Virus record (IMG/VR): IMGVR_UViG_3300012013_001209
Length of the DNA stretch: 34,138 bases
Strand: one strand, 5' to 3'
Source of the DNA: a virus
Shown piece by piece: positions 10,501 through 18,659 of this stretch. Each line of letters starts with the position of its first letter. Positions within the stretch are counted from its first letter, which is position 1. The translations under genes were made by a program, and so were the position numbers. The notes beneath the pieces were generated by a model, which saw only the letters and a list, made by a program, of their open reading frames with translations, did no database searches and was not told the DNA's origin.

Positions 10501-10869
10501 CTTCTTGGGTTTGGCCCTCTCATGCTTCGGCAACAGGTATTTCACCAGAGCCGTGTAATACTGACAGTCGAGATCCACTCCAACCATCGACAGAATATCC
10601 TTCAGAATGTGGCCCGCCGGCCCACGCAGGTAGCGTGGGGTCGTGGCCGTGGAAACGCCGTAGGCGACCTCCTTCTGTTCTGCGCATTCATCCTCGAGTG
10701 CCGAGGTGGCCAGGAACATGATCTGGGCATTGGCGGAGCCCACGCCGGCCAGGTAGAGTTTCCGGTCGTATCTTCGGGTCGTCAGGACTTTCGTCGGAGG
10801 TTTGTGGTCCGGCATTTCCGGCACATCCTCCATCTTCGTTTTCTTCGGAGGGCAATTGGGGTCAATCAT
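7585..10869 (-). CDS. polA: Family A DNA polymerase with N-terminal uracil-DNA-glycosylase-like domain and 3'-5' exonuclease (SPO1-like architecture)
   Basis: UDG family 4-like segment GVGSANAQIMFL...GPAGHIL...YYTALVK...CLPILEEEIQRIGPKIIVTFGKPA. Exonuclease motifs PDTE, HISADL, YALND. Polymerase motifs A DYVTAELR, B KTGNFSSIYG, C LYDSI. Confidence 0.93.
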   Translation of the reverse strand: MIDPNCPPKKTKMEDVPEMPDHKPPTKVLTTRRYDRKLYLAGVGSANAQIMFLATSALEDECAEQKEVAYGVSTATTPRYLRGPAGHILKDILSMVGVDLDCQYYTALVKYLLPKHERAKPKKPDIENCLPILEEEIQRIGPKIIVTFGKPAFEAVVDQKIRFDQIEACWFYSEKYDARVFVMPDVNLPVWKPEYVEIFRINLTELRFMLDELRGVVSEKVKEDTGIITNSQQLKELTQTLIDEQAFTMCPDTEFGGINFLDAKIRSLQLSWFRPDGTIAARYIRLMDDQGNYVFDADYGTVGKILSPHLDNPKVKYVGAHISADLPVMHHWFGLQWFNKTLFDTEFAEQCINENAEFGLERISLKYTRKGRYDGDLVRWVSENKALVTKETGYLYIPDAILIPYALNDVIVPMMAMPVMKERMRLDDVWNFYTNFVNPLVGNIFTHFAINGLPINRSKIDTLRELYSYARVLLEKDFVEDIVAESKILLIRELMLAAPPEDLLAGQRTYQEILRCMTEEGAGMRALEIFKAFVGPAKLLKALPVMEHFLDAPNFKIASSDQKSRWLFQVRRFRPIKSTNNKEKGRPSMPWDSVERIIAKAPHLAHLYKPAADKQSIKMLGDETQDRMLIKLLDVMAVANVCKAFLKPADLDDEGELVKENGLHYWIASDGKIHGMYSATETWRPRGWQPNPLNWPKFVFTGIKRALALVLKKEKDRGTLPVQFEKYLDVNNIPSLRSVVDVAELPPLPGSQGWCFTETDYVTAELRGLGFQSGDAMLIKLLTEADTQFGIPKDKSKSKLRVRLKYADDCGIPEDHRDQKFLMKAVVNNKVLGEFTMDDLLRNDVGELVHPPHDLHWSLVEWVFLAPRELFDSDIQRTGVGKTGNFSSIYGASGKSLERKGRAETGKIMEPGTGDKILEALRARQPVATEYLEELAKLPKTTGYYQHESGAKRRFIMHGDGVRGLKERDIDTIAGSLGRQARNFPMQHSVAATAIRGGDWLLTHTRVSRMYGSPMICLYDSIVSLSPVEERWIMKELHQKYLTDLNVWHDHGREWNYTIESDFCTAWSAKPTKEMAKKLDDTEWASDPGTIRAI

Positions 10870-10923
10870 TGGGTTGTGGTAATGCCAGCACTCGCTGAAC
10901 TCGGTGGAGTTTTGTCAGTGGGT

Positions 10924-11166
10924 TCAGTAGGTGGCATTTTTGGCTTCCAGCGCTTTCAATCGTTTCTCGGCATCGAGATCATACAATTGAATCTCGATCC
11001 GAGACAGCCGCTCTTGGACCGTCAGACCATTCAATGCGCCAAAGTGTAACCGTCGAGCGAGATCGGCATTTTTCACACGGCACTCCGCGCACATTTTATC
11101 AGCATAGACGAGTCCCCACACCGACCGCTGGCAGGAACTGCAAATGAATTCAGTGACCAGGGCCAT
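10924..11166 (-). CDS. Small hypothetical protein with Zn-ribbon (CxxC...CxxC)
   Basis: CSSC and CAEC motifs; operon orientation. Confidence 0.6.
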   Translation of the reverse strand: MALVTEFICSSCQRSVWGLVYADKMCAECRVKNADLARRLHFGALNGLTVQERLSRIEIQLYDLDAEKRLKALEAKNATY

Positions 11167-11521
11167 TTGCCTTTTTCTTCGGTTTGGACTTCTTCTTCGG
11201 CAGCAGGCTTTCGAGGAATTTCACCTGCGCCCGTGCAGCCTTGCGAAACTTCGGATCATCTTTCCAGCTTTTGTATTTGTTATGCGGCCTGCACTGCCAA
11301 TCCTCAATCGCGATTGTGCAATCCTCCCATACCGAACGGCGACACGATGGAAAACCTGCAGTGTTTACGGGACAGCCTTCGCATGTGCCGCCACGGAAGA
11401 ATGCATTACACAGCGCACAATCGTCCTGATATATTTCCTCATTCTTGCGTGATTTCCCGGTTGCCAGGCGCTCCCAGTGCTCAATGGAATCCGTCAGTGC
11501 TGTCAGTGTTTTCGCGTTCAT
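11150..11521 (-). CDS. Cys-rich hypothetical phage protein
   Basis: Likely start MNAKTL at 11521; CALC, CEGCPV and further Cys. Confidence 0.6.
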   Translation of the reverse strand: MNAKTLTALTDSIEHWERLATGKSRKNEEIYQDDCALCNAFFRGGTCEGCPVNTAGFPSCRRSVWEDCTIAIEDWQCRPHNKYKSWKDDPKFRKAARAQVKFLESLLPKKKSKPKKKANGPGH

Positions 11522-11540
11522 TGTTTCTATGGGTTTATTC

Positions 11541-11810
11541 TTAAAATTTTGGATGTGGTCTGGTGAAAAAATCCTCCACCAATTTCTGCGCGGCTCGGGC
11601 CGCCACAATTTTATCCTCGCGAAACTTGATGTGATCAAGTCTGTCCGCGGCTCGATTATGATCTTCTGCCGCCTGCAGCAGTTCTTCAATATGCCAACGC
11701 AGCGGTCCGAGCACTTCCATTGCCTGGGAATACCAGCCCGCGGCCGCCTTGCGTCCTTTCTCCAGAGCACGCAGCCTCGCCACTTCGTCTTTCAGGTTTT
11801 CGTCACTCAT
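11541..11810 (-). CDS. Hypothetical coiled-coil protein
   Basis: ATG at 11810 overlaps the primase stop (ATGA). Confidence 0.55.
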   Translation of the reverse strand: MSDENLKDEVARLRALEKGRKAAAGWYSQAMEVLGPLRWHIEELLQAAEDHNRAADRLDHIKFREDKIVAARAAQKLVEDFFTRPHPKF

Positions 11811-13033
11811 GTGTAGAATTTTTCGATGATGGGCCATGCGTGTTGGAACGCGGCCACGGTTGTCATGTCTCCGTAATCCTTGAACTCCTTCGGCGGATAA
11901 ATCGCAGCGAACTGCATCTTCCCCAGACAGGCCAGCTCGATATCCTTCCCGAGCTTCTGCGACATCGCATCGTTCTGCCCGGAATAAATAATCCTCTCGA
12001 ATCCTGCACCAGCCAGGAGTCGCATCTGTGTCGGTGAGAAATGTTTTCCCAACAACGGGATTCCCGGCGCGCCCCATCTACCCGCGTCAAGCGGTCCCTC
12101 TGCAAGAATTGCCACCTTTGGCTTTCCAGCTCTCTGCTCCTTGTTCCACTCCAGCGCGGCGTCGAGTCCCATCAGCATCTCGTTTCGGCTCGCGGAAAAT
12201 GCCGTCTTGTATTTCGAGATATTGAATTTCCCGCGGGCCTCCAGAATATGCGGCAGCGGCTCCCAGTCGTTTCCGATTTTGTGCTCCGCCGGCATCCACT
12301 GGTTGGTGTAGGGGTGGAGATAATATCGGATGCCATCCTTCACAGCGTCGATCACGCGCGCCTGCCAGCCGCGCTGAACGCCATACATGTCCCCGTAGAA
12401 AATGATCCGGTTCTGCGGCGTGTCCAAGAAGTCGTCGTAAACCACGCGATATCCGCGACCCTTGCTCCAATCCACGGGGGCCTCCTTGAAACAGAATGAC
12501 GCCCGGAATTGCTTGATGAGTCCGGAGATGCTGTAGCCTCGTTTCGTGAGGTAGACGATCGCGGGGTGGTCCTCCGGCAATTCGGCCAGGCTCACCACGT
12601 CGCCGGGATGGTCTGGGATCATGTTGCCGCGTCCGTCATCGATGAGGCAGAGTTTCGACTGCATTTCCGCGACGCCGACTCGAGCTTCAGGAAAGCCCCG
12701 TTGCTGGATCGGCGTGTAGCGCTTCAGCAGATCGGACACCTTGTAGATTTTGCCCATCCGCATGCAGTAGCCGGAATAATCCGCATGGTCGGCGGACAAC
12801 GTCTTGAATTTTCCAAGGCGCAAATACCGGTCCACGTTCACTGCCAATTTCCGGTCGAACAACTCCTCCCGACCCTTCACTTGCAGGCAGTCGGGGCAGC
12901 AAACGTATAATTGCAATCCAGAGGACTCCCGCATTGGCCTGACTTCCCCGTGGAGGCGGCCAAGGGCCGAGGACAGCCTTGCGATGGCCTGTGCCTCATC
13001 CTGGATGATTTGTGGGCAGTCTGAGAGATCCAT
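11807..13033 (-). CDS. DnaG-type (Toprim) DNA primase
   Basis: N-terminal CPDC...YC Zn-binding region, AIVYLTKRG, RIIF...GWQAR, Toprim ILAEGPLDA, KDYGD. Likely ATG at 13033 (track ORF extends to 13075). Confidence 0.85.
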   Translation of the reverse strand: MDLSDCPQIIQDEAQAIARLSSALGRLHGEVRPMRESSGLQLYVCCPDCLQVKGREELFDRKLAVNVDRYLRLGKFKTLSADHADYSGYCMRMGKIYKVSDLLKRYTPIQQRGFPEARVGVAEMQSKLCLIDDGRGNMIPDHPGDVVSLAELPEDHPAIVYLTKRGYSISGLIKQFRASFCFKEAPVDWSKGRGYRVVYDDFLDTPQNRIIFYGDMYGVQRGWQARVIDAVKDGIRYYLHPYTNQWMPAEHKIGNDWEPLPHILEARGKFNISKYKTAFSASRNEMLMGLDAALEWNKEQRAGKPKVAILAEGPLDAGRWGAPGIPLLGKHFSPTQMRLLAGAGFERIIYSGQNDAMSQKLGKDIELACLGKMQFAAIYPPKEFKDYGDMTTVAAFQHAWPIIEKFYT

Positions 13034-13038
13034 GAGAC

Positions 13039-14199
13039 TCAGCGCCCGCGCTCGTAGGGTGACAGATCCATCCACCAGCCCCTGAATTGCAGGAACTCTA
13101 CGAAGCCTTCCATGTTGGCATCATCCAACGCCTCACGGGCAGCGTCGCCGTGAGCTGCCATCACTTCGGGATCCCCGTCGCAGTTCACGCATCGGAAATA
13201 CGGGGGGACTTCCTCGATGGCCTCATGGCCACGCAGGAACTCCAAAACACTGGCGGTGACCGTGAGGTTCTTTCCGAATTTTCGCTGCATAAACAACAGC
13301 GCCCTTTCCTGCATATTCGCCCACAACCTTTCACGTCGGGCCAACTCCATCCGGTACGTCGCTTCGTGCTGGACGGCATGCTTCTTCACTTCGCCCATGA
13401 TTTTCGCGATATTCACCGCGAAGGCGTCAATTGTCTCCATCCGATTATTGCACGTCCAGGCCTTCGGGTGTCCGACGAGGAGGAAGGCAGACTCAATCAC
13501 ACCCGCCAATTGGTCAGCATCGGGCCATCTGTGGAGCAGATGGGAGAGGGCTTCCATGTCTTTTCGACTCTCGACATACGGGCTGCCTTGTACGATCTCG
13601 TAGACCTCCCTCCAGCGTTCGAGGACGGGGAGTAGTTTTTCTTTATCGGGAGCGTCGGACTTTCGGGAGTCTGGAATTTTGGGAGATGCTTTCTCTTTAT
13701 TGATCTTCAAAGAAGAAGAAATTTCCCCTTCTTCTTCTTTCTGATGATCTTCTTTCCCTATAGTATTCTTAGCGGCGGGTTTCCCGACGTCTGGGTGCCC
13801 GACCTCCGGGTTCCCGGACATCGGTGAGGTCTTGGTGTAATGCCTCACACGTTTCTTCCTCGCTGGGTATTTGCCCCGATAGTTCGTCCTCTTTTCCTCT
13901 GCTACCGGCTCGTCGTGGAATGTCCACTGCGCACCTACGAATTGTCCCTTCTCGCGAAGCTCTGCATAGGTCGCGTAACCTTTCGACTCCAGCTCTCGAA
14001 GCGCGGCCGCAATCGCCTCCTTTCCTTCAGTGCCCTGCTCTACGATCCATGACTTATGCACCACCCAGTCTTCAGTATTTGACAGAAGCAGCGCCAGAAT
14101 CCCGCGGGCACGGAATGACAGCGTTTTGTCCCGAACAGTGGTATTGGGAATGGTGGTAAAGTGTGATTTCCGATTTACCCGAAATATGGTTTTGGACAT
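13039..14199 (-). CDS. Phage replication-initiator-like helix-turn-helix protein
   Basis: N-terminus FTTIPNTTVRDKTLSFRARGILALLLS...AALRELESKGY is typical of phage replisome-organiser HTH proteins; PxxGxP repeats follow. Likely ATG at 14199. Confidence 0.8.
   Translation of the reverse strand: MSKTIFRVNRKSHFTTIPNTTVRDKTLSFRARGILALLLSNTEDWVVHKSWIVEQGTEGKEAIAAALRELESKGYATYAELREKGQFVGAQWTFHDEPVAEEKRTNYRGKYPARKKRVRHYTKTSPMSGNPEVGHPDVGKPAAKNTIGKEDHQKEEEGEISSSLKINKEKASPKIPDSRKSDAPDKEKLLPVLERWREVYEIVQGSPYVESRKDMEALSHLLHRWPDADQLAGVIESAFLLVGHPKAWTCNNRMETIDAFAVNIAKIMGEVKKHAVQHEATYRMELARRERLWANMQERALLFMQRKFGKNLTVTASVLEFLRGHEAIEEVPPYFRCVNCDGDPEVMAAHGDAAREALDDANMEGFVEFLQFRGWWMDLSPYERGR
13778..13822. repeat. 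Three imperfect 15-bp tandem repeats (iteron-like) inside the initiator gene
   Basis: GGTTTCCCGACGTCT / GGGTGCCCGACCTCC / GGGTTCCCGGACATC, next to an AT-rich tract at about 13690-13770. Confidence 0.55.
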
Positions 14200-14204
14200 G
14201 TGAT

Positions 14205-14335
14205 TGAAAACAAAAAGCCCGCCTCGGTCATTCACGGTCGAAATTCCAGCACGGAAAACGTGAACGGGCCCGAGACGGGCAAAGATTTGTGAGTGCGGTG
14301 CTGGGCGCTGTTTTGCCGTTTCGACTCGGCGATCC
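14205..14335 (-). ncRNA. Structured leader RNA resembling C4-antisense-type attenuators
   Basis: 5' elements GTCGAAA and CCAGCAC are complementary to TTTCGAC and GTGCTGG in the loop of a long hairpin (14217-14280) that is followed by a T tract. Confidence 0.6.
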
Positions 14336-14336
14336 C

Positions 14337-14364
14337 ATCCTACGCATTTGCGTCATCGCGTCAA
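14337..14364 (-). promoter_or_regulatory. Sigma70-like promoter for the leader and initiator gene
   Basis: TTGACG-N16-TAGGAT on the minus strand. Confidence 0.6.
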
Positions 14365-14835
14365 AAAGTTTCCGGAAACTTTTTGACGCCCAATCTTGTG
14401 CAGCTTTTTGTGACAGGGGTCGCACATGCAGACCAGGTCTGCCATGTGGAGATGCTCGAGTCCCCGTCGGACGTATGTCTGATGATGCGCGCGCATTTCC
14501 TTTGTGTCATATGCCGCGCAGGTCACGCAAATGTAATTGCCCCTTCTCTTGACTTCCTGCGCCACAGTTTTCCAGTAACGGGAAACGAGAAACACTGAAT
14601 TATACGGGAGCGCGGCCATCACCGAGGCGAATCTATCCGTGCCAATAATTCCTGTGATGATCGCCGAAGTCTCCTTGAGCGTGAAACCGAGCGCCCAACT
14701 CTCTCCCAACGCCGACCCCGCCAAATAATTCAACCACTCAACGGTCCGCGCGGCTTCCGGAATATTTCCGTGCAAAAGCCGATCCCTCTCCCTGCAGCCC
14801 TTGTCAGTCTGGGTCAGAATCCTGTAAGCGTTCAT
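14353..14835 (-). CDS. HNH endonuclease-like protein
   Basis: YWKTVAQEVKRRGNYICVTC...AHHQTY...DLVCMCDPCHKKLH. Confidence 0.8.
   Translation of the reverse strand: MNAYRILTQTDKGCRERDRLLHGNIPEAARTVEWLNYLAGSALGESWALGFTLKETSAIITGIIGTDRFASVMAALPYNSVFLVSRYWKTVAQEVKRRGNYICVTCAAYDTKEMRAHHQTYVRRGLEHLHMADLVCMCDPCHKKLHKIGRQKVSGNFLTR
14358..14389. repeat. Perfect 32-bp palindrome overlapping the -35 box
   Basis: GCGTCAAAAAGTTTCC|GGAAACTTTTTGACGC. Confidence 0.9.
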
Positions 14836-16283
14836 CCGCCCCGCAATTCGCGATATGCAAACCGCTGATACGGAAACTCCCGCTTCACCGGGAACCTTCG
14901 ATCCGTTCCCTGCCGAGACTTGGAGATGCAGAAGTATTGATTATTGCTGATTTGAGCTTTGTCCTCAGCCGAATCCCGCGCTTCCGCATCCTCGATGAAG
15001 GTAACTCCCAACGCGTTCGTCATCGGCTCGTGCAGGGTTTTGCATTCGCTAAGCATGGTCGAATCCACGTTCATTTTATTCTTGCACTGCACCGTAGCCA
15101 GCTGTGCGCAGGTGATGGTGTGCATTTTGAATTTCTTCGCGACGTCCGACATCGCGTCAGCCCCGCAGCGAAGCGCGCGACGATACATTCCAGGATCGTG
15201 GGCTACCCTTTTTCCGAACGCACCACCGAGCCAGTCCAGGATCATGATCTTCGGTTGCTCTCCAAATTCCACGACGGCCCGATCGAAGAGGGCCTCGATC
15301 TCGCCAGCGAAGTCGTCGGAATTCTCCTGCCAATTGACCATGATCAAATTCTCATTCAAACGCTCTTTGCATTTGCGGTAGTGGATAATCTGTTCCGGCG
15401 TCATCTGCAGTTCTGAAACCTTGTCCTTAATCTTGTTGAACGGCACACCGCAGATCGCCGAAATGAACCTCGGCTGAAGCCTACGATTGTTTTGCTCGGT
15501 AGTGACGAACAGAGTCTTGACCTTTCCCATGGCGAACGAGCCTGCGAATTGCGTGGCCAACACTGTCTTGCCGGCCGATGGACATGCCATGATCAGGGTC
15601 GACTCCTCCAATCCAACTCCTCCTCCAAAGGCCGAATCCACAGAATGCAATCCGGTCGGGAGTCGTGGCGTCATCACCTCGTCCTTATCAATGTCCTCCG
15701 CAAACCGGTGCATGCTGAATGTGCGCGTCGCCATCAGACTGCGCCGGACGTCCCGAAGCTTCTCGTCCAGCTCCACACTCTCGTCGTCAGAACGCCCCTG
15801 CATGTCCTTCACGATAAGCCGCGTACGCTTTTGCTGATGGAGCCAATGCGGATAAATTGAATCCATGAAGGCGAAATTCTGCGGTGTCGCGAGCGGAGCC
15901 ACCTCGTCTGACATGCACGTCATCGCTTGGTCCACTTCCGGCAGAGAGATGCATTCCGCCATGTTCGCATACGCGGTGATGAACGAGTGCATCTGTGCTG
16001 GGCTGATCCGGCGGTCCGCAATGTCCGATTTCCGGATGAGCCGCGCGTGCTCCGCAATCGCACGATAAAGCGCGAACAGTGGCGGCCTGGAGAAATCATC
16101 TACCCAAACCGGCACGCCTTTTCGGTTTTTATCCTGACACAGGTGCGGCTCGAATATCCGCAGATGTTTCGGGCTCGCGTATGCGGCGGCCACGACCATC
16201 TTCTCAAAAACGTCTTTATTGTTTGTCACCCACTCCTTGGCCGTTTTTAGGTCGAGGTCAGAGGAAGTTGGTATCGATGGCAT
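14832..16283 (-). CDS. dnaB: DnaB-like (SF4) replicative helicase
   Basis: LPTGLHSVD, Walker A ACPSAGKT, FVTTEQ, Walker B ILDWL, CAQL, ISKSRQG. Likely ATG at 16283. Confidence 0.88.
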   Translation of the reverse strand: MPSIPTSSDLDLKTAKEWVTNNKDVFEKMVVAAAYASPKHLRIFEPHLCQDKNRKGVPVWVDDFSRPPLFALYRAIAEHARLIRKSDIADRRISPAQMHSFITAYANMAECISLPEVDQAMTCMSDEVAPLATPQNFAFMDSIYPHWLHQQKRTRLIVKDMQGRSDDESVELDEKLRDVRRSLMATRTFSMHRFAEDIDKDEVMTPRLPTGLHSVDSAFGGGVGLEESTLIMACPSAGKTVLATQFAGSFAMGKVKTLFVTTEQNNRRLQPRFISAICGVPFNKIKDKVSELQMTPEQIIHYRKCKERLNENLIMVNWQENSDDFAGEIEALFDRAVVEFGEQPKIMILDWLGGAFGKRVAHDPGMYRRALRCGADAMSDVAKKFKMHTITCAQLATVQCKNKMNVDSTMLSECKTLHEPMTNALGVTFIEDAEARDSAEDKAQISNNQYFCISKSRQGTDRRFPVKREFPYQRFAYRELRGG

Positions 16284-16893
16284 CTGGTGGTAATGTTTCA
16301 AATTTGAAGCCTTCACTCTCAATTAATCTTTTCAATTCCTGCCGCCTCCACAAATACCCGTGAGCCGCCTTGCCGTAAAGCCGCAGAACCTCCGGGTCGT
16401 TGTCTGACAGCACCACACGTGCAACGGGATGTAGGTTGCAAAATGGCTCCCGCAACTCCTGTAATGTCTGTGCGTCCAGCAAATCAACCTTCCCGAGGAT
16501 GCGCAGGAAATACTCTCCTGCGACACGCTGCATGAGTTTCCATTCCTCCCGCGGTGAGCACGAGAATTCGGGAGCGTCGTCTGCCATTCCGTATTGCTGC
16601 GGGTTGGCGCTTTTCCACGCCTTCAGACACCACTCAGAGTTCTTCAACGTATTCACGTATGGAGCCCCGGTCGAATGGACAGAACTCTTTGCAACGTGAT
16701 TACCCGCGTGCATGAATGCCGCATCCATAAATGACCGAGGATCTGCTTTCAGATCGATGACATTCTTCGCGATGCGGTGCCAATCAGACATATCGGACAT
16801 GTCGTCATAACGCCGTTTGTCCTTTCCAGTCCTCTGCCGATAATCCCTACGCAGAATCGCGGCGTATTGTTCAATCGACGGCTCTATCGACAT
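16258..16893 (-). CDS. Hypothetical protein; possible helicase loader/partner
   Basis: Directly upstream of and overlapping dnaB; C-terminal region aligns by eye with the C-terminus of 13039..14199. Confidence 0.65.
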   Translation of the reverse strand: MSIEPSIEQYAAILRRDYRQRTGKDKRRYDDMSDMSDWHRIAKNVIDLKADPRSFMDAAFMHAGNHVAKSSVHSTGAPYVNTLKNSEWCLKAWKSANPQQYGMADDAPEFSCSPREEWKLMQRVAGEYFLRILGKVDLLDAQTLQELREPFCNLHPVARVVLSDNDPEVLRLYGKAAHGYLWRRQELKRLIESEGFKFETLPPDAIDTNFL

Positions 16894-18326
16894 GATTTCA
16901 ATTGGTTGTTTAATTCCTCCACAGATCCCACGACGCGCACGTCATATCCCTTCGCCTTGTAGACCTTGTGCCGACTCCAGGAATCAATGGTCAGACAATT
17001 CTTTGGGTTTTCATCACACAGGTAAAGAAAATCGATCATTACGCCGCACTTCTTATTCGGACGCACCTCCGCCAATCGGCCTGGCTTTTGAATTGAGGAA
17101 ATATTACCGGCTCCGCCAGAGGCATTCACAACACATCGAATGTCGTGGAAAGTGACTCCTGTCGCGAAGATATCCGACGAAATGCAGCGGCGCAAATTAT
17201 TGAAGCGCATGTCCTGCGCCATCTGCGCGCGCACCTTCTTTTTCAATACCTTCGCCATCGCGATCGGCGTGTCATCGCCGAGAGCTTCCTGAATCAAATC
17301 CGCCTGCACTTCCTGCCGGATGAAAACCAGGTGCTGCCAATCATCCGGCATCAGCCTGCAAATGTTCGCCATCATGCTGGCAATCTCCGGACTCTCGAAA
17401 ATGGTGTGCTTGTAAACCTGATCCCGCTTTCCGGTCACAGCCTTGCGGTGCAAATTCACCTTCAGCAAGAGGATCACCAACGGGCAAATCGCACCCTCCT
17501 TCACGGCCTCCTCATACGTCCGTTCCGCGAGCACCGGCCCGAGCAATCCCTCGAGCACGAGATCCCGCCCATCGAACCGGCCTTCCAATGTCGCACCGAA
17601 AGACAGCCGGCGGGCGAATTGGAATTTGTTCAACTGCGGGATTCTTCCATCCGTCATCAGCGCATGTGGCTCATCAACGATCAGCAGCCTGACTTTCCCG
17701 TAATCGCACAGGTGTAGGCTGTCCATGCTGCAGATGGTGATGTCGGGGCCTGAGATGCGGTTGGAGGAGCCGGCACCCAGCATGCGGATGTCGCGCTCTG
17801 GCATGGCCGCCTTGAAGTCTTTGACGGATTGCCGCAGCAAATCCTCTCCCGGACAGGTGAAGACCGTGGTGATGCCAGGATAGGCGCGCATGGTGTTCAC
17901 GATGAGCGTCGACTTTCCATAGCGCGTCGGAGCCTTCAGACATCCCGAGCAGTCGGCCAGGAGAAACTTCTCCAGCAGTGCCTTCTGCGAGAACCGGAAC
18001 CCGTGCATGTTGTTGAGCAGGGGTGGGGGTAATTTGGTCCGGCGATCGTCTTCGTCGCCGAACTTTACCGGCCAGCGGCAGCGCACGCAGAATTGCACCA
18101 CTCTGTGCAAAAATCCGTGATGGGTGATCAGCGCTGTAATTCCTTCCTTTTCCTTGAGTAGATAAAGCAAACGCTCCTCTCTTTTGGTGACACGATTCCA
18201 TGGCTGTCCCGGCTGTGAGACCAGGGACTTGTGCTCGTAACGCAGCATCTGCTCGAAGGCAGGGTGCGTCGGCGCGATCATCAGCCGCGTGTCATCCACC
18301 ACCAGGTGAATTTCCGCCATGCTCAC
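16884..18326 (-). CDS. Superfamily 2 DExH helicase (UvsW-like)
   Basis: FRFSQ, APTRYGKS, IVDEPH, GATL, FATGVTF, QKPGRL. Confidence 0.87.
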   Translation of the reverse strand: MSMAEIHLVVDDTRLMIAPTHPAFEQMLRYEHKSLVSQPGQPWNRVTKREERLLYLLKEKEGITALITHHGFLHRVVQFCVRCRWPVKFGDEDDRRTKLPPPLLNNMHGFRFSQKALLEKFLLADCSGCLKAPTRYGKSTLIVNTMRAYPGITTVFTCPGEDLLRQSVKDFKAAMPERDIRMLGAGSSNRISGPDITICSMDSLHLCDYGKVRLLIVDEPHALMTDGRIPQLNKFQFARRLSFGATLEGRFDGRDLVLEGLLGPVLAERTYEEAVKEGAICPLVILLLKVNLHRKAVTGKRDQVYKHTIFESPEIASMMANICRLMPDDWQHLVFIRQEVQADLIQEALGDDTPIAMAKVLKKKVRAQMAQDMRFNNLRRCISSDIFATGVTFHDIRCVVNASGGAGNISSIQKPGRLAEVRPNKKCGVMIDFLYLCDENPKNCLTIDSWSRHKVYKAKGYDVRVVGSVEELNNQLKSCR

Positions 18327-18631
18327 TGGCCGTCCGTATTTTTGCCGGTTGACTTGAGATTATCGAAACCTCTCACCAGCATAGAATACACAGAGAAAGC
18401 GTCACCATTAGGCGCGGAAGATTCCAACGCAATGGTCAGCGCCTCGATGTGCTGAATAGTCTTCGCACTCTTCCCGTGCCGCCAACCTGGAAGTCGAATG
18501 ATGCCTGAATGCAACATGGGCGTTCCTCGGATGTCCACTTCGGTGGAAATGATCGAAACCCCTCGGGTGATGTTCTGCAGCTTTATCCATGCCTCCGCGT
18601 GCTTTTTTGATTTTCCTACGATGTAGATCAT
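18323..18631 (-). CDS. Hypothetical protein
   Basis: Likely start MIYIVGK at 18631; operon orientation. Confidence 0.55.
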   Translation of the reverse strand: MIYIVGKSKKHAEAWIKLQNITRGVSIISTEVDIRGTPMLHSGIIRLPGWRHGKSAKTIQHIEALTIALESSAPNGDAFSVYSMLVRGFDNLKSTGKNTDGQ

Positions 18632-18659
18632 TTGTTTGTCGTTAAAATGTAATTCCCGG

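Noticed and set aside
9349-11049. Plus-strand ORFs of 236 and 328 aa
   Set aside because: Antisense to the DNA polymerase.
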